A stretch of 64,000 nt of DNA from Macrostomum lignano (lineage: Eukaryota): NCBI GenBank assembly GCA_002269645.1, contig NIVC01000322.1, positions 165,396-229,395 of the forward strand, written 5' to 3'. This document shows positions 41,055 through 54,032 of this stretch, piece after piece. The notes below the pieces were generated by a model that saw nothing but the letters and a program-made list of their open reading frames with translations, was not told the DNA's origin and did no database searches. Numbering within the stretch: the stretch's first letter is position 1; every line of letters begins with the position of its first letter. The translations under genes and the position numbers were made by a program.

Positions 41055-41519
41055 TCAAGCGTCTTGCATGAGCCAGCTCTCCTCAACAATAGCACGAACT
41101 TTCTTCTCATATTCCCGCTTATTCTCCTGGTAGAGAGTGGCGGCAACGTTATTGGCTGGTGAGTTCGGGTTCGGCTCGTCCAGCAGAGACTGAATGGAGG
41201 TGAGGATTGCTGACACATCGTAGGTGGGGCTCCACTTGCTCTGCAGAATGTCCAAACAGATACTGCCATCCGCGTACACATTGGGGTGGAACATTTTCGA
41301 TACGAATCTAACCGTAGGCGGCTTATTGGGATATTCCTCAGTGAACTCCATGGTCAGCTGGAAGGTGCCGTCCTCGAACGGGGTGTCCTGAGGACCGAAT
41401 ATGACGCAATTCCACTGCATAATATTGTCCTCCTTGGGTGCACCAGACACCCCGGCTGGAGGGTCCTCTTGGAGGCGCTTGAAATCTCGGATTAAACGAC
41501 GACGCGACGGGGTTGCCAT
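41055..41519 (-). CDS. UBE2A: Ubiquitin-conjugating enzyme E2 RAD6/UBE2A-B (154 aa, intronless)
   Basis: [21 protein letters not shown]...[17 protein letters not shown]...[18 protein letters not shown]; intact ORF. Confidence 0.98.
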   Translation of the reverse strand: MATPSRRRLIRDFKRLQEDPPAGVSGAPKEDNIMQWNCVIFGPQDTPFEDGTFQLTMEFTEEYPNKPPTVRFVSKMFHPNVYADGSICLDILQSKWSPTYDVSAILTSIQSLLDEPNPNSPANNVAATLYQENKREYEKKVRAIVEESWLMQDA

Positions 41520-42059
41520 GACGATTCAAAAATAGATTTGAATTTGAATTTGCATCAATGGTAAGCAGTTATCCTTTGTTTGTTGACTATTATATTGTAA
41601 GTTTAGTTTAACAGTAAATATATGTATTGGACACATTATATTTTTTCTTGGCGTATTTTCCTTATATTTCTACTGTCAGTAGAGACTCAAAAAAAGTTTA
41701 GTAAAATTTATGCACTAAGCCTCTTTGACCCACAGAAGTGAGTTTCAAAATGTAAAATACTAAAATAAAATAAATTTAATATCATGACACATGCTATGGC
41801 ACAAAAAACACTAGAGCCAAGAAAGAACACTAGATAGATTTGTTGACAAATGGAAAAAATTTCTAAATTTCTAAATTAGATAAGGTGGCCCTCGTTTAGA
41901 AAGTAAAATAAAGAGAAAGCCAAAAATTAACATTTATCAACCAATGCTCATCTGATTATAAACTTAAGCTCTAAATAGCCTTGTACATAAAAAAACCAGT
42001 CACCTACCCTTAATATGCATTCTGAGTGAGAGCACTGACCAGCTTGTATTTTATAACTA

Positions 42060-43105
42060 CAAGGGGTGTCCTTAAACATTACTCTTTAAGAGGCAACAAG
42101 GGTAACAGCAACTGATTTATTTCATAGTGCCTTTACTTACAAATGACACGAACTTATATATCATGAACTTTCAAAAGTTATGCTTTCCTTGCTGCATTGG
42201 GATACTGCATCTCCATCCATGAATAGGAACTTGGATGCTGCATAAGCTTTGGAGTACAAGTACCAGGAAACCGCAAGTCAGTTGTCTTTCAAAAAAAAGT
42301 TCAAATGTATTTCTCAATGGCAACTGAGACCTCAATATAGTCACCCTTCAGTTGGATGTACATTTTCTACTAGGTAAGCATGTTGTCAATGGCATCTGCA
42401 TACATCTGCCTTGGAATTTTGTGGACAAGAATCTGTATGCCCCATATCTCCGACACTTCATGTCTCCGACACTTCAAGTCTCTGATATTTCAAGTAGAGA
42501 GTGTTATATTAGATATATTAGACTACAGCTTCACTCTTCAAACCAATGGTACACTATGCTCCAAGACACTGCTTCAGACTTACAAATAAAGCTCAGCTGT
42601 GTCAGAATTCCAATTCCATTAAACCTCACATCAGAGGATATAGGCTGAGCAATATTGTGCCATCTTTGAGTAGACATCTATGGTTGTATGGATCCACAGA
42701 TTAGAAAGACTTTCTGGCAAGCACTTGACAACAAAGGCTTTAGGTTGCTGTATGTCTCAAAATGAGTCTCTTTCAATAGCTATTTCAGAGTGCCACATAA
42801 GCAGAAGCAAATGAAACTTGTACAATAGATATAGAAAGGAATGATATGGTACACACTAGAATTTTTTGCACCTTCTATGAGATTTCAAATTGTAGTTCAG
42901 TTTTTTGTTCCTATTTATGTATTGAGATATAGTATTCCACTGCAGTTAAAGAGGCATAACTTTTGAAAAGTTTGTGATATTTTCAAAATTCTTTCACTGT
43001 CATTTGTAAGTAAAGTGCTATGAAATAAATCAGTTGCTTTTATTCTTGCTGACTATTAAAAAGAGTAATGTAAAAAAAGTTGTAAGACTTTTTGGACAAC
43101 CATCA
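42060..43105 (-). mobile_element. Decayed Tc1-like element with long TIRs
   Basis: Imperfect inverted repeats of ~170-190 bp (42060-42230 versus 42905-43105), TA on both sides, terminus CAAGGGGTGTCC, faint WP.YSPDLNP-like remnant. Confidence 0.65.
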
Positions 43106-43703
43106 TATTCATAGTACAAGTTTGATTCTTTGTTTTCTGCCTATTGGTTTTTGCACTGCCCTATGGACTCAACCTTTAATGTAACTACTTTGTATATACA
43201 AAATATTTACTTACTAGCTACATTAGTTTGAATGACAAAGAATTTATAAATTCACTTTATTTACTGCTTTTTTGTTCTAAACAATATACCTAGCAATGCA
43301 CTTTGGTGTGCATAATACATTGTAACACCTTACATATTGATTTCTGGCTTTGTCCTTATGACACTTGATTATTTGTTTATTGGCTATGAGTAAGCAATAA
43401 TATAATAATAAGACTAGGCCTATAAGATTTAATTATAATTTTAATAGGCTTTATTTTTACTTCTTATTTTAAAAACAAGTTGCATTTTTAAAATCTGCAA
43501 AAAAAGTTATAAAAACTATGAGCTACATAATGTTAGATAAACAATAAAACTATTTTTTAAATTTTGTACAATTATATATTTGGTAGAACCAAACATTGTC
43601 TATGCACTTCTATACTTAATAAGATATCTACACACTTTTATATGTTCCACTAATAATTAACCAAGCTACAAGGGCTTATCCAAAACGTAGCCTTTTCATT
43701 ATA

Positions 43704-44991
43704 TGAGGGGCACTAAAAAAGTTCTAAGCCTGACCAAGATCCCATGGTCACAAAGCACTGAAAATTGATCCTTTAACACAATATGTTGATAGTCTTTGAC
43801 AAAATTTTCAGCTCTCTAGGCATTACTAAAGTTTCATAGCACCTTAATATTTTCAGCTACCTATGGCAAATTCTCAAGAACTAAAAATGAAGTACAGGAT
43901 AGTGATCAAATTTCTGACCTTAAAGGGCTCAAAAGCTGCTGAAATCCAAAGTTGCATGGCTGCCATATATGCTAGGGCTACCCCTTCATATGCCACTGTC
44001 AAGCATTGGGCAGCCAAGTTCAAGCGTGGCCCCGACTCTCTCGAAGATGACCCTCGATGTGGGCGTCCCGGACTGCTGTTACTACTGACAACATCCAGCA
44101 CATCCAGGCCCTGGTTGATGGCAACTGGCGGATAAAGGTCAGGGAACTTGCGGCGGACACTGGGCTTTCTGACCCACAGGTCATTGAGATCCTGCACTAG
44201 CATCTTCATCTGTCAAAGGTCTCAGCCTGATGGATCCCACAAATCTTGACAAGCAACCAGAAGTCCGCATAGTTGCAGTATGTGAAGCTTGTCCTGCGAA
44301 CTTACAATCTAGATCCTGCCGGCTTTCTGTCTTGCTGTGTGACCAGTGATGAGACATGGATCCACCACCATGATCCTGAGTCAAAGGAGGAGTTGAAGCA
44401 ATGGCTGCCAATTGGTGTACCTGCACCACTGAAGGCACAGTCTAGATGCAGTGCAGGCAAGATTATGCTCACTATCTTTTGGGATGCCAAAGGCCCACTG
44501 CTACTAGACTTTTTGCCACACAAGCAGACAATCACAGGTGCCTACTATGCCAATCTAATTGCCCATATGCGCGAGGCAATCAAGGAGAATTGGTGGGGAA
44601 TGCTGAGCCGTGGTGTGGTGCTGCTGCACGACAATGCACCTGCCCACACCAGTGGGCTGGCAAAGGCAGCTGTCAATATTGCAGGGTTCCAAGAGCTGCT
44701 ACACCCTGCCTATTCACCAGACCTTGCCCCAAGTGACTTTTACCTTATTTCCGCATCTTAAGCCAGCACTCCGTGGGCAGCAATTTGACACTAATGAGGC
44801 ACTGAAGGATACTTCGACCTTCTGGTTCAAGGGGTACTCAAAGCAGTTCTTTCAGAGTAGCATCAAAGCACTGCAATCAAGATGTCACAAGTGCATTTTG
44901 GTCAAGGAAGACTATGTAGAAAAAACTGATTGCATTTGCCCCAATTCTCTTTTTTTCATACTGAGGCTCAGAACTTTTTTAGTGCCGCTTG
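43704..44991 (+). mobile_element. Mariner transposon (1288 bp), frameshifted DD34D transposase
   Basis: TIRs TGAGGGGCACTAAAAAAGTTCT / AGAACTTTTTTAGTGCCGCTTG, TA flanks. Transposase from 43863: HTH (LEDDPRCGRP), VTSDETWIHH, LHDNAPAH, YSPDLAPSDF. Confidence 0.95.
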
Positions 44992-45088
44992 TATCTTTTG
45001 TTCTGGTGATCCATTCCAAATAATTTCATTTTACATAGTTTTATAGTAGCAACTAGAGATACAACAAATATTTGGTTTCAATCCTTTG

Positions 45089-45172
45089 CAACATGCACAT
45101 GTAAGTTGCTATTGGACAGAATATTAGTCACGTGACTGCTCTCAGCCAATAGCAACTTACATATATATGTTG
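45089..45172. repeat. Small hairpin/MITE-like palindrome
   Basis: CAACAT...ATGTAAGTTGCTATTGG pairs with CCAATAGCAACTTACAT...ATGTTG; central AGTCACGTGACT. Confidence 0.6.
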
Positions 45173-48100
45173 TTAATAGAAACAGCTGGGTGATTCCTAA
45201 GGTTATGCATATATGGGATTGAAATGCCTTATACATGTAAGGCATGATTGATCAATGAGCGCGCATGAATTGTGCATATTTATATACTCAAGAGCATTAC
45301 AAGATATCAAGATTTGCTTTGGTTGACTGTGCATAGTAAGGTGAAGGGGTGGGAAAGCACATGTAGTCCTTTAATTTTCACAACTCCACATGGGACTTTA
45401 TAGCAATCCTTGACACATTTTGATAGGAGAAATACCCATGCTACACAGTCGCATATGTGGTCGCATAACACAAATACTCAAGATTCATTAATGCCCAGAT
45501 GCATATGGGTATGAGTGCACATGGGTGACGCATTTGCATAGATATTTGCATTCAAACATTTAACCTAATGAATATACAATCTGATGTTACAAAATGGCAA
45601 AATTTGATCATTTAAAAAAATAAGGCAATTAATAAAACTAGTCATTGATATAACAAAAATTGTAAGCTATACAAGATATGCAGCTGTATCAACCCATCGT
45701 AAGGAAGGTGGCACAGTGTGTGCCAGAATAATTTTTTTGGGACAATCTATGTGCCATATTTGTGCCATTTATGCGCCATTTGTGCACTATCTGTGCACCA
45801 TCTGTGCCTTTATTTTATGTATTTTATGTAATTTACATAATTTATGTGATTTATGTAAATTATGTATTTTACAAAGAATTTACGAAATTCTTAGAATTCA
45901 TGCAGACTCACATACATGCGCAACAGTCAGTTGAGTCAGCCGATCCGGCCAACCAATTTGGCAGCCAACCAAGGAAGTCGCAAAAATGCTCACCCAAAAA
46001 AACACCAAAGTAGTAGTACTAAGTAGCTAATGAGGCATTTTGGCTTAATAAGACAGTCATAGTTACTCTTGCCATTTACCCAAAGTTGCATTAATTTTGC
46101 TTTAGGGTTTTTTTACATGTAAGTCGCATTTTTGGCCAAAAACTATGTCACATTTTTGTTAAAACTAAGTTGCACAGCTAACTGAATTTTGAAGGTTGCA
46201 TATGTATATAGACTCAATATGCTATGCCAGTTTTATGCTAATAAAGATTTTATTCTGATTCCTTATGCACCAAAGTTGTGCATAGCACTACATATGTCAA
46301 GGACCTTATGGCTTATGCGCCACAATTATGCGCCGCATGCGCTAGGGACCTCAGTGTGCACCATGATTGTGCGCGGCATGCGCCAAGGACCTTAGTGTGC
46401 ACCATGATTGTGCGCTAAGGACCCCTAGTGTGCGCCGGAATTTTCCATGGCAAAGGCTACCTTCCTGACTATAGATATCAACTACATACATGTATCATTC
46501 ATATAATGAAAATTTTTGTCACTTTGTCAACAAGCAAATGCCAAATGGGAAGGACCTAGGCATTGGTCACTTTGTCAACCACTAGTAAAGTCATCCCAAC
46601 ACTTTGGTCACTTTGTCAACCAAGTTGACAAAATGCCAGTTGACAAAATGACCATCACCTGGCAATTGCTCCTCTCCCCTTAGCCTAAGCCTTAAGGCAG
46701 AGACCAAAAAAGGGGGACCAAGCAATTTTTGCCTTAAACAGAACCACCCCTGCCTCCTCTCCCAGGTCTTTAACCTCTAGAATCCCTCCTCAAAAATTTT
46801 TGGTTGTGCTACTGATATAAATACTTAAATAGTTAGGCCTATAATCCCTATTGGAATAATGTGAAAAAATTCAAAGTTAAAACATGACACAAAGTTCAAA
46901 AACATTATAAATCAAATTCAATAACAATTGACAACAAAAATAACAGCAATAATGCTCCACCTGGCATCCAATACAAAATACTAATAAGTATTATTAATTT
47001 AGTATATCTCGAGGGCTTAGGCTCTATCTAGCACGACTAGCAGTAGCAGCTAGCACCGATAAAAGGGCTATATGGCTTTATCTATTCTAGTACTTATATG
47101 TATAGTTCTAAAGTATCTAGCAGCTAATTGTATAGATGTTTCTCTTTGACGCGAAACTGATACAAGATAACAATAGACGTTGTGTAAAGTACATATTTAA
47201 TTAACTAGGAAAACTTGTCTGTTTATCAGGTGTTTCTAGAAACTTCACAAGAACAACAACGGCTCAACAACTTCCATTTTTTCTGTAAATTTATTTATCA
47301 GTTTAATAGCTATAAGCCTTTTAATTCCTAAAAGTAGTAAAAATTTATTATCTGTTACGTGTGCATAATAGGATTTCGCTGCATAAGTGTTTTTTTTTGT
47401 TGTAACGTACTCAACCAGTTAAAAACAGCACGAAATTGCAGTTAGTTCGATTTCGATTTCGTTCTGCGTGAAAAAATCTATCCTCGCAAAGTGACCCGCG
47501 GTGGTCTAGTATGTATTTATGTTTACTAATTAACGCTTCCCAATACTATATCTTTTACAAAAATCGAATCATCATTAACTTATCTTGAAAAATCTCTTAC
47601 ATACATAGCCTTTTATTGGCCAAAAAGGCAAATTTGCCTAAGCCAAGCTCCTTACTACTACTACTACTATTACTTACTAGGCCTGCTTCTGCATTTTGAT
47701 TTTGATATAAAGTCTAGAAGTCTACTTTCCATTCCTCGACGAATTTGCGCCCTGGTGCGATCTGATTAACACTATCAGCTAGGTAAGGATATATTCACTG
47801 TTTTACTATTTAATCAGTGACATACTTGCATTATATGTAGCTGCTAAGCCTACTACTAACTCTTATTTACTAAGAAATAAATGTCAAATGTCACCAATAG
47901 TGATGTCTCGAACATTTCTGATGTATATTAGTTTAGTTTAGCTGCTGGAAAATTCTCAGGAGGCTGAAAGTGAATAGGGCATGCTCTGAAATTGAATGAC
48001 AAAACCAATACTATCTCGATTATGTCCATAGGAATAGCCATGTTTTACTTCTTTATTTATTATATTTGATATAAAAAGTATTAAAATATATTTAAAAGAA

Positions 48101-48869
48101 ATCAGTATACATTATATCTATTTACATATATCAACTAAACATGCTTATCATAATTAGCTAATACATGTACTCATGCTTATATCTTTTATGTCAAGATATA
48201 ATTTTGAACATAGTGTCAATGATAGTATTATACTTTCTAATAAAAATAATTTTACTATTATTAGGTATACAAAGTTCCCTAGAAATTAACCAAAGCTATA
48301 TCAAATTGAATACAATGGAAATGAAGGATTTTAGCTTTGTTAAAGTTTTAACAAAACATAAATTATGTGAGTTTAAAAAAAATAAATTGTTGCCAAAAAT
48401 TTAGCTATTCCTAATTTCTTTTTCTACATTAAGAATTTGAATTCATATTGCTACTATATGGTCTAGCTGCTATATAGACTGGGCTTTTTTCAGTTCTGAT
48501 GCATGACATTTTGCATCTTAGGTGTGCTAGAATACTATACATTGAGGAAGTTTCAATATACCAAAGACAATATATATAATTAGAAGTATATATTTGTATT
48601 ATATAAATTATGCGTGCTTGCTAATGTTTTCCCACCTTTGAGAAAATCTTATAACAGTTGAAGAACCTTGGTGCAATTCTACTCTACTGCAACCTATGCT
48701 TTCCATAGTTTTTTGTGGTCTTGTTGTATGTCTCAAGACAGCTAAATGAACTCTGTACAATTCTTCTACACTGCAACCCGTATCTTCATAGGTCTAAGCT
48801 CTGTGCATGCACGCTTGGTGACTTCTGCCACCAGTGTCCAGCACTTGCTGGCAAGAACCAGTCACACTG

Positions 48870-50542
48870 CAGTGTTGCCAATGCTACTGTACTCCAGTGA
48901 ATTTTAATTGCTGAGCAATTTTTTGTCATATTCAGCAATTTTCAGCGATTTTTTGTTCTAGGCATTAGAATTGTGGGATTCTGGGGGTAAGAACCGTGAG
49001 ATTCTGGGAGTAAGAATCGTGAGATTCTGATGGTAAGAATCGTGAGATTCTGATAGTAAGAATCGTGAGATTCTGATGGTAAGAATCTTGAGATTCTGGG
49101 AGTAAGAATCGTCAGATTCTAGGGTTAAGAATCGTTGGAGTCTGGGGGTAAGAATTGTGAGATTCTGGGTGTAAGAACCGTGAGATTCTGGGAGTAAGAA
49201 TCGTGAGATTCTGATGGTAAGAATCGTGGGATTCTGATGGTAAGAATCTTGAGATTCTGGGAGTAAGAATCGTCAGATTCTAGGGTTAATAATCATTGGA
49301 TTCTGGGGGTAAGAATTGTGAGATTCTAGGAGTAAGAATCGTGAGATTCTGATGGTAAGAATCTTGAGATTCTAGGAGTAAGAATCGTCAGATTCTAGGG
49401 TTAAGAATCGTTGGATTCTGGGGGTAAGAATTGTGAGATTCTGGGGGTAAGAATCTTGATATTCTGGGAGTAAGAATCGTGAGATTATAGGGGTAAGAAT
49501 CGTGAGATTCTGGGGGTAAGAATCTTGATATTCTGGGAGTAAGAATCGTCAGATTCTAGGGTTAAGAATCGTTGGATTCTGGGGATAAGAATTGTGAGAT
49601 TATGGGGGTAAAAATCGTGAGATTCTGGCAGTAAGAATCGTGAGATTATAGGGGTAAGAATCGTGAGATTCTGGGGGTAAGAATCTTGATATTCTGGGAG
49701 TAAGAATCGTCAGATTCTAGGGTTAAGAATCGTTGGATTCTGGGGGTAAGAATTGTGAGATTATGGGGGTAAAAATCGTGAGATTCTGGCAGTAAGAATC
49801 GTGAGATTATAGGGGTAAGAATCGTGAGATTCTTGGGGTAAGAATCTTGATATTCTGGGAGTAAGTATCGTGAGATTCTGGGAGTAAGAATCGTGAGATT
49901 CCAGGAGTAAGAATCGTGAGATTCTAGGGGTAAGAATCGTGAGATTCTGGGAGTAAGAATCGTGAGATTCTGGGAGTAAGAATCGTGAGATTCTAGGAGT
50001 AAGAATCGTGAGATTCTGGGAGTAGGAATCGTGAGATTCTGGGAGTAAGAATCGTGAGATTCTGGGAGTAAGAATCGTGAGATTCTGGGAGTAAGAATCG
50101 TGAGATTCTGGGAGTAAGAATCTTGATATTCTGGGAGTAAGAATCATGAGATTATAGGGGTAAGAATCGTGAGATTCTGGGGGTAAAAATCGTGAGATTC
50201 TGGCAGTAAGAATCGTGAGATTATAGGGGTAAGAATCGTGAGATTCTGGGGGTAAGAATCTTGATATTCTGGGAGTAAGTATCGTGAGATTCTGGGAGTA
50301 AGAATCGTGAGATTCCAGGAGTAAGAATCGTGAGATTCTAGGGGTAAGAATCGTGAGATTCTGGGAGTAAGAATCGTGAGATTCTGGGAGTAAGAATCGT
50401 GAGATTCTAGGAGTAAGAATCGTGAGATTCTAGGGGTAAGAGTCGTGAGATTCTAGGGGTAAGAATCGTGAGATTCTGGGGGTTAGAATCTTGAGATTCT
50501 GGGAGTAAGAATCGTGAGATTCTAGGGTCGGTGGCAACACTT
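48870..50542. mobile_element. hAT-like non-autonomous element carrying a 23-bp minisatellite
   Basis: Ends CAGTGTTGCCA / TGGCAACACTT; 8-bp flanks TCACACTG and CCACACTG (7/8 match); interior is GAGATTCTGGGAGTAAGAATCGT repeats (48975-50525). Confidence 0.8.
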
Positions 50543-51189
50543 CCACACTGGTCAGTTGCACCTTAGACAATTGACGAACTTGTAGCACGTCTCTTGATTC
50601 AGTGACTTTTATTGCAACTAAAACTGCTGAAAATCACTTTCATACATTCGAAAAATGCTTGTAGGATAGGTTGGTGTCCCGTAAATAATCACTCCACATC
50701 AGTAGTAATAGAAAATGATGCGCATACTCCAATTTTTTATTGCAAAAAAGTAGTAAGGTACCCGTCAGAAATCCTACTACGCACATACCACATTTTCCTA
50801 TTAAAAATTAAATAGTAAGGTACCAAACCAGCTGGGACAGGGTATTCTACAATAATCCTCACTACACAGTCTACACTGCCTGCACCCACAAAGAACAAAA
50901 GAAAAGATCTCAATAAATTGTGGGAGTCAAGTTCTAGCAGTCAATTTTCATGCTTCCCCCAAGCTACCAAAACGCAGTTCAGAACAGCGCACAGACAGCA
51001 AATAAAGTCAGTTTTTTACACTTGCTCCATAACACATTGTCTTCTCTATCCCCCAAACAGTGAATTCTAACTAAACAATCTACTGCACCGCACCCATAAA
51101 GAACGAAAGAAAAGACCACAATGTCGATCAACCAAGCTGGCCAAAAAATGTTTCTTGATATATTTCTGCATAACAATTGAATATAGGCA

Positions 51190-51747
51190 ACACATTGCAT
51201 TGTATTGCATTGCAAAGCATTGTAGGCAAAAATACGCACGCTGAAACTCATTTTCTCGACGATGCCCACAACCAAGAACACGCGTTAATAGAGAATCAGA
51301 GGGTACCACCATGAGTCAGTTTGAAATACAAAAAAACAACATCCGAATACCGCAATGACCAGTTCGATGGTCCTGAATAGCAAATTGGCTGTAGGTCCAA
51401 TTCTGAAAACCCCCACAATCCCGCCCCAACCACCGTCTAATATTTTCCAGGGGATTTCAACCAAGCGAATCAAAATACTCCCTAACTCTTCGTCCACTAC
51501 AACCCCCAACTCGCTTGCTACTCACCCAAACCACCACCCAATGCCTACCAGGAAGATACGAAGAAGTCTGTAATTGCCACAAAGAAATAGTCTCTACCAT
51601 CTAAAGGTAATTGTCTAAGAGCTCTCTTCGAATCCTGATGATACACACCTGAAAAGACAACACCAAGCAATCCCATATATAGATTTGTAATAATTGACCG
51701 CAAAATCTATCCCTGACACCCTGCAACATGTTCAGCTTCACTTCCAT
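51190..51747 (-). pseudogene. Adenain-type (adenoviral/Polinton) cysteine protease
   Basis: FSGVYHQD...FFVAITD, frameshift, PGRHWVVVW...EYFDSLG*NP...WTYSQFAIQDHRTGHCG..LFF. Catalytic H, D, Q, C motifs are in order; one frameshift and one stop. Confidence 0.9.
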
Positions 51748-52225
51748 GCTGTACCCGGCACGACGTCGCGAAGCTCCGTGATCTGCAGCTTCTTGTCAAA
51801 TAGACCGCCGAATATTACATTGTACTTACAGACAACGCTTGTTGCCTGAGCGAAGCGCAACTCCAACTTCACATTCCCTTCCTTATAAAGCTAAGCACTA
51901 TAATGCCCGACACCAGGCTCGCTTCCCAACGCAAACGCGAAAATCGAGTATCCATTGCCATAGTCCTCCATTGTGAAGCCAACGTCTCGTCCTTGCAGAT
52001 ACAACCCCAACTGCTGCAGCAGATTGGTATATTCTCTCACACAACTACCCGCACCAATTTTTTTGCAGCGGTCGCGAAGGGACAGACTCCCCGTTAACAA
52101 ACACAGCAATTCTGCTGAGACTTGCATGTTCCGCCTATTCAGACAGTTGAATGGGTGTGTATCCACTTCCATTGAAAACCTTGTTGTTCACGAAGGCTAC
52201 TAGAAGTAACCTCGGCACCTCGATC
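51738..52225 (-). pseudogene. Maverick/Polinton (adintovirus) major capsid protein, C-terminal part
   Basis: VPRLLLVAFVNNKVFNGS / HPFN...YTNLLQQLG...FTMEDYGNGYSIFAFAL...HYSA*LYKEGNVKLELRFAQA...NVIFGGLFDKKLQI; matches the Polinton MCP tail (G.TREDY.NGY.LFAFDL, GNL.LELKF). Confidence 0.88.
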
Positions 52226-52569
52226 ATTCTGCTGCTCGTTGCTGCTTGTTGGGAGCGTGGTTGTTGTTGTCAAAGCGTATCGTGGCAACGTTGGGTGTTG
52301 AAGTATGCAGAAATTAATTCATTCTCGTTGATGGCAGCAGCAGTAGTAGGCATTCTCGGTCTAGCCATTCTCACTTTTAGGCGCATTAAAGTTCGTAGTA
52401 GTAACTAAGGAGGACCCAGCTGTGTGAATAGGCGGTAAATCGAGTCGCGCAATTGAGCCAACAAGCCGCCAGGTGGCAACAGGCGCTACGCGTCACCACC
52501 ATCCTGGCCAGGTATAAACACCAAATAGTTGATCAGTCCTCGGTGAGCTGACTCGCGCAATTCAACCCT

Positions 52570-52899
52570 TCACCCATCAGGAGGATTGTTGGCAGCAGTT
52601 AGTTTGCGAATCGGCCCATCCAGTAGTTCAGGAACGGAACAGAATTGATACGTGTGAATGTGCAACTCCGCGCGAGAACGAAACATGCTCTTGCACACAA
52701 CACACCGTATTGAGGGCTGGAAAGGGAGATAAGTTTTATTAGCCAATGGTGTAGGCAGTAGTAATATTTTCCTATTAAGAGAATAGAATAAATAAATAAA
52801 CTTTTTTGTCAGCAGGGGGACGTCACTGCAAATAGTAGTAGAAGTAGTACTCGCGAACCCCAAACGCGAGGGCGTGTCTTTAATAATAGAGGGTGACAC
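52570..52899 (-). pseudogene. ORF with a C2H2/C2HC-type zinc finger (probably viral)
   Basis: CVVCKSMFRSRAELHIHTYQFC fits C-x2-C-x3-F-x5-L-x2-H-x4-C; same strand as its viral neighbours. Confidence 0.5.
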
Positions 52900-53419
52900 G
52901 ATTAACTTTAGTCGACTTTTAGCCCCTCGTTATTTTATTCATCAATCCGCGCGAGTTTGTAGATCCTATGTATGCAAATGGCTGTCGTCAGCACCTACAA
53001 AACGAGTGCCAACATGCACAACCAACAAAATAGATGGTGGTGGTGGTGCATCTCCAAGTAGCCGCAAGCGTCCTCACTTTCCTGTGGAAAATGCAATACT
53101 CCACTTGCATTGGCATTGGGTTTGTTGTTATCCTATGCACACCGTAATTCAACTAATGAATGCAAGCGCAGACCTCGTTATATTGGGTCAGAATCTAGCG
53201 CTCCTTTACTAGTCTGGTTGCATTTAAGGCACTGGCCAGGCGGGCCTGAATTGTTGTATGACCCAGAGTCGGCCTAGACACCCAGCTGTGGAAATAAAAA
53301 TCCACACAATGCAACTTCAAAGAGCTACTTGCCAATGGTCGAAAAAACCCCAGCCGTCAGTTTACACCAGACACCAGGATGGGCACGACCACACATTATT
53401 GCCGGCATAGAGACAAAAC

Positions 53420-53971
53420 CAAACCGTCGGCTGGCAAGCAAGTAAAACTCCTTCCACAACCGCATCAACAACAACGATTTTTAATAAATAGAATTAATCA
53501 TGTTGAAGAATGCTTGTCAGCAGGGGGACGTTATTCCAATAATAATAATAATAGATGGAAATACTCACGAACCTCAAACGTGGGGGGGGGCATGTTCAAT
53601 AGAGGGCCTCTGCCATAAGCGAGTTGAATGCGTGAGCAGACGCCATGGACCTTTCCATCACCAGAATTTCGTACTCCGGTTGATCCGGCTCCGGTGAGAG
53701 TAGCAATTCTCTCATGTTCTTGTCCCGGTGAAGCAGACAATGGCTCGCATGGATTTAAATGCCGATTGCTGATAGAGATCCTTGATAGAATTCCTCCAGC
53801 GAGTTCGTCTCTGCTGGCAGCTTCGGGTGTGAGGTGAACGCATGAACCGGCTCCTTGGCCCCAGAGAATCTGCGGTTCCCATTTCTCCAGTCGCGAGTTC
53901 AGGGCCAGATTTCTTAGAAGCGTTGTTTTGCCTACCGCTAGATTTCCCTCGAGAATGTAGGTCCGGGCCAT
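53420..53971 (-). pseudogene. Deoxynucleoside (thymidine) kinase, viral-type, disrupted
   Basis: YILEGNLAVGKTTLL P-loop, EP..W, NSLEEFYQG, ILVMERSMASAHAF, KIVVVDA; frameshifts and stops between motifs. Confidence 0.85.
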
Positions 53972-54032
53972 GGCTGGAATTTTTTGCTGATTGTGCTGCT
54001 TTTAGTAGCATGGCAAGCAGTGCATTAACGGA

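Noticed and set aside
41055-41519. UBE2A as a processed pseudogene because it has no introns
   Set aside because: The ORF is intact and highly conserved, with no poly(A) tail or target duplication visible.
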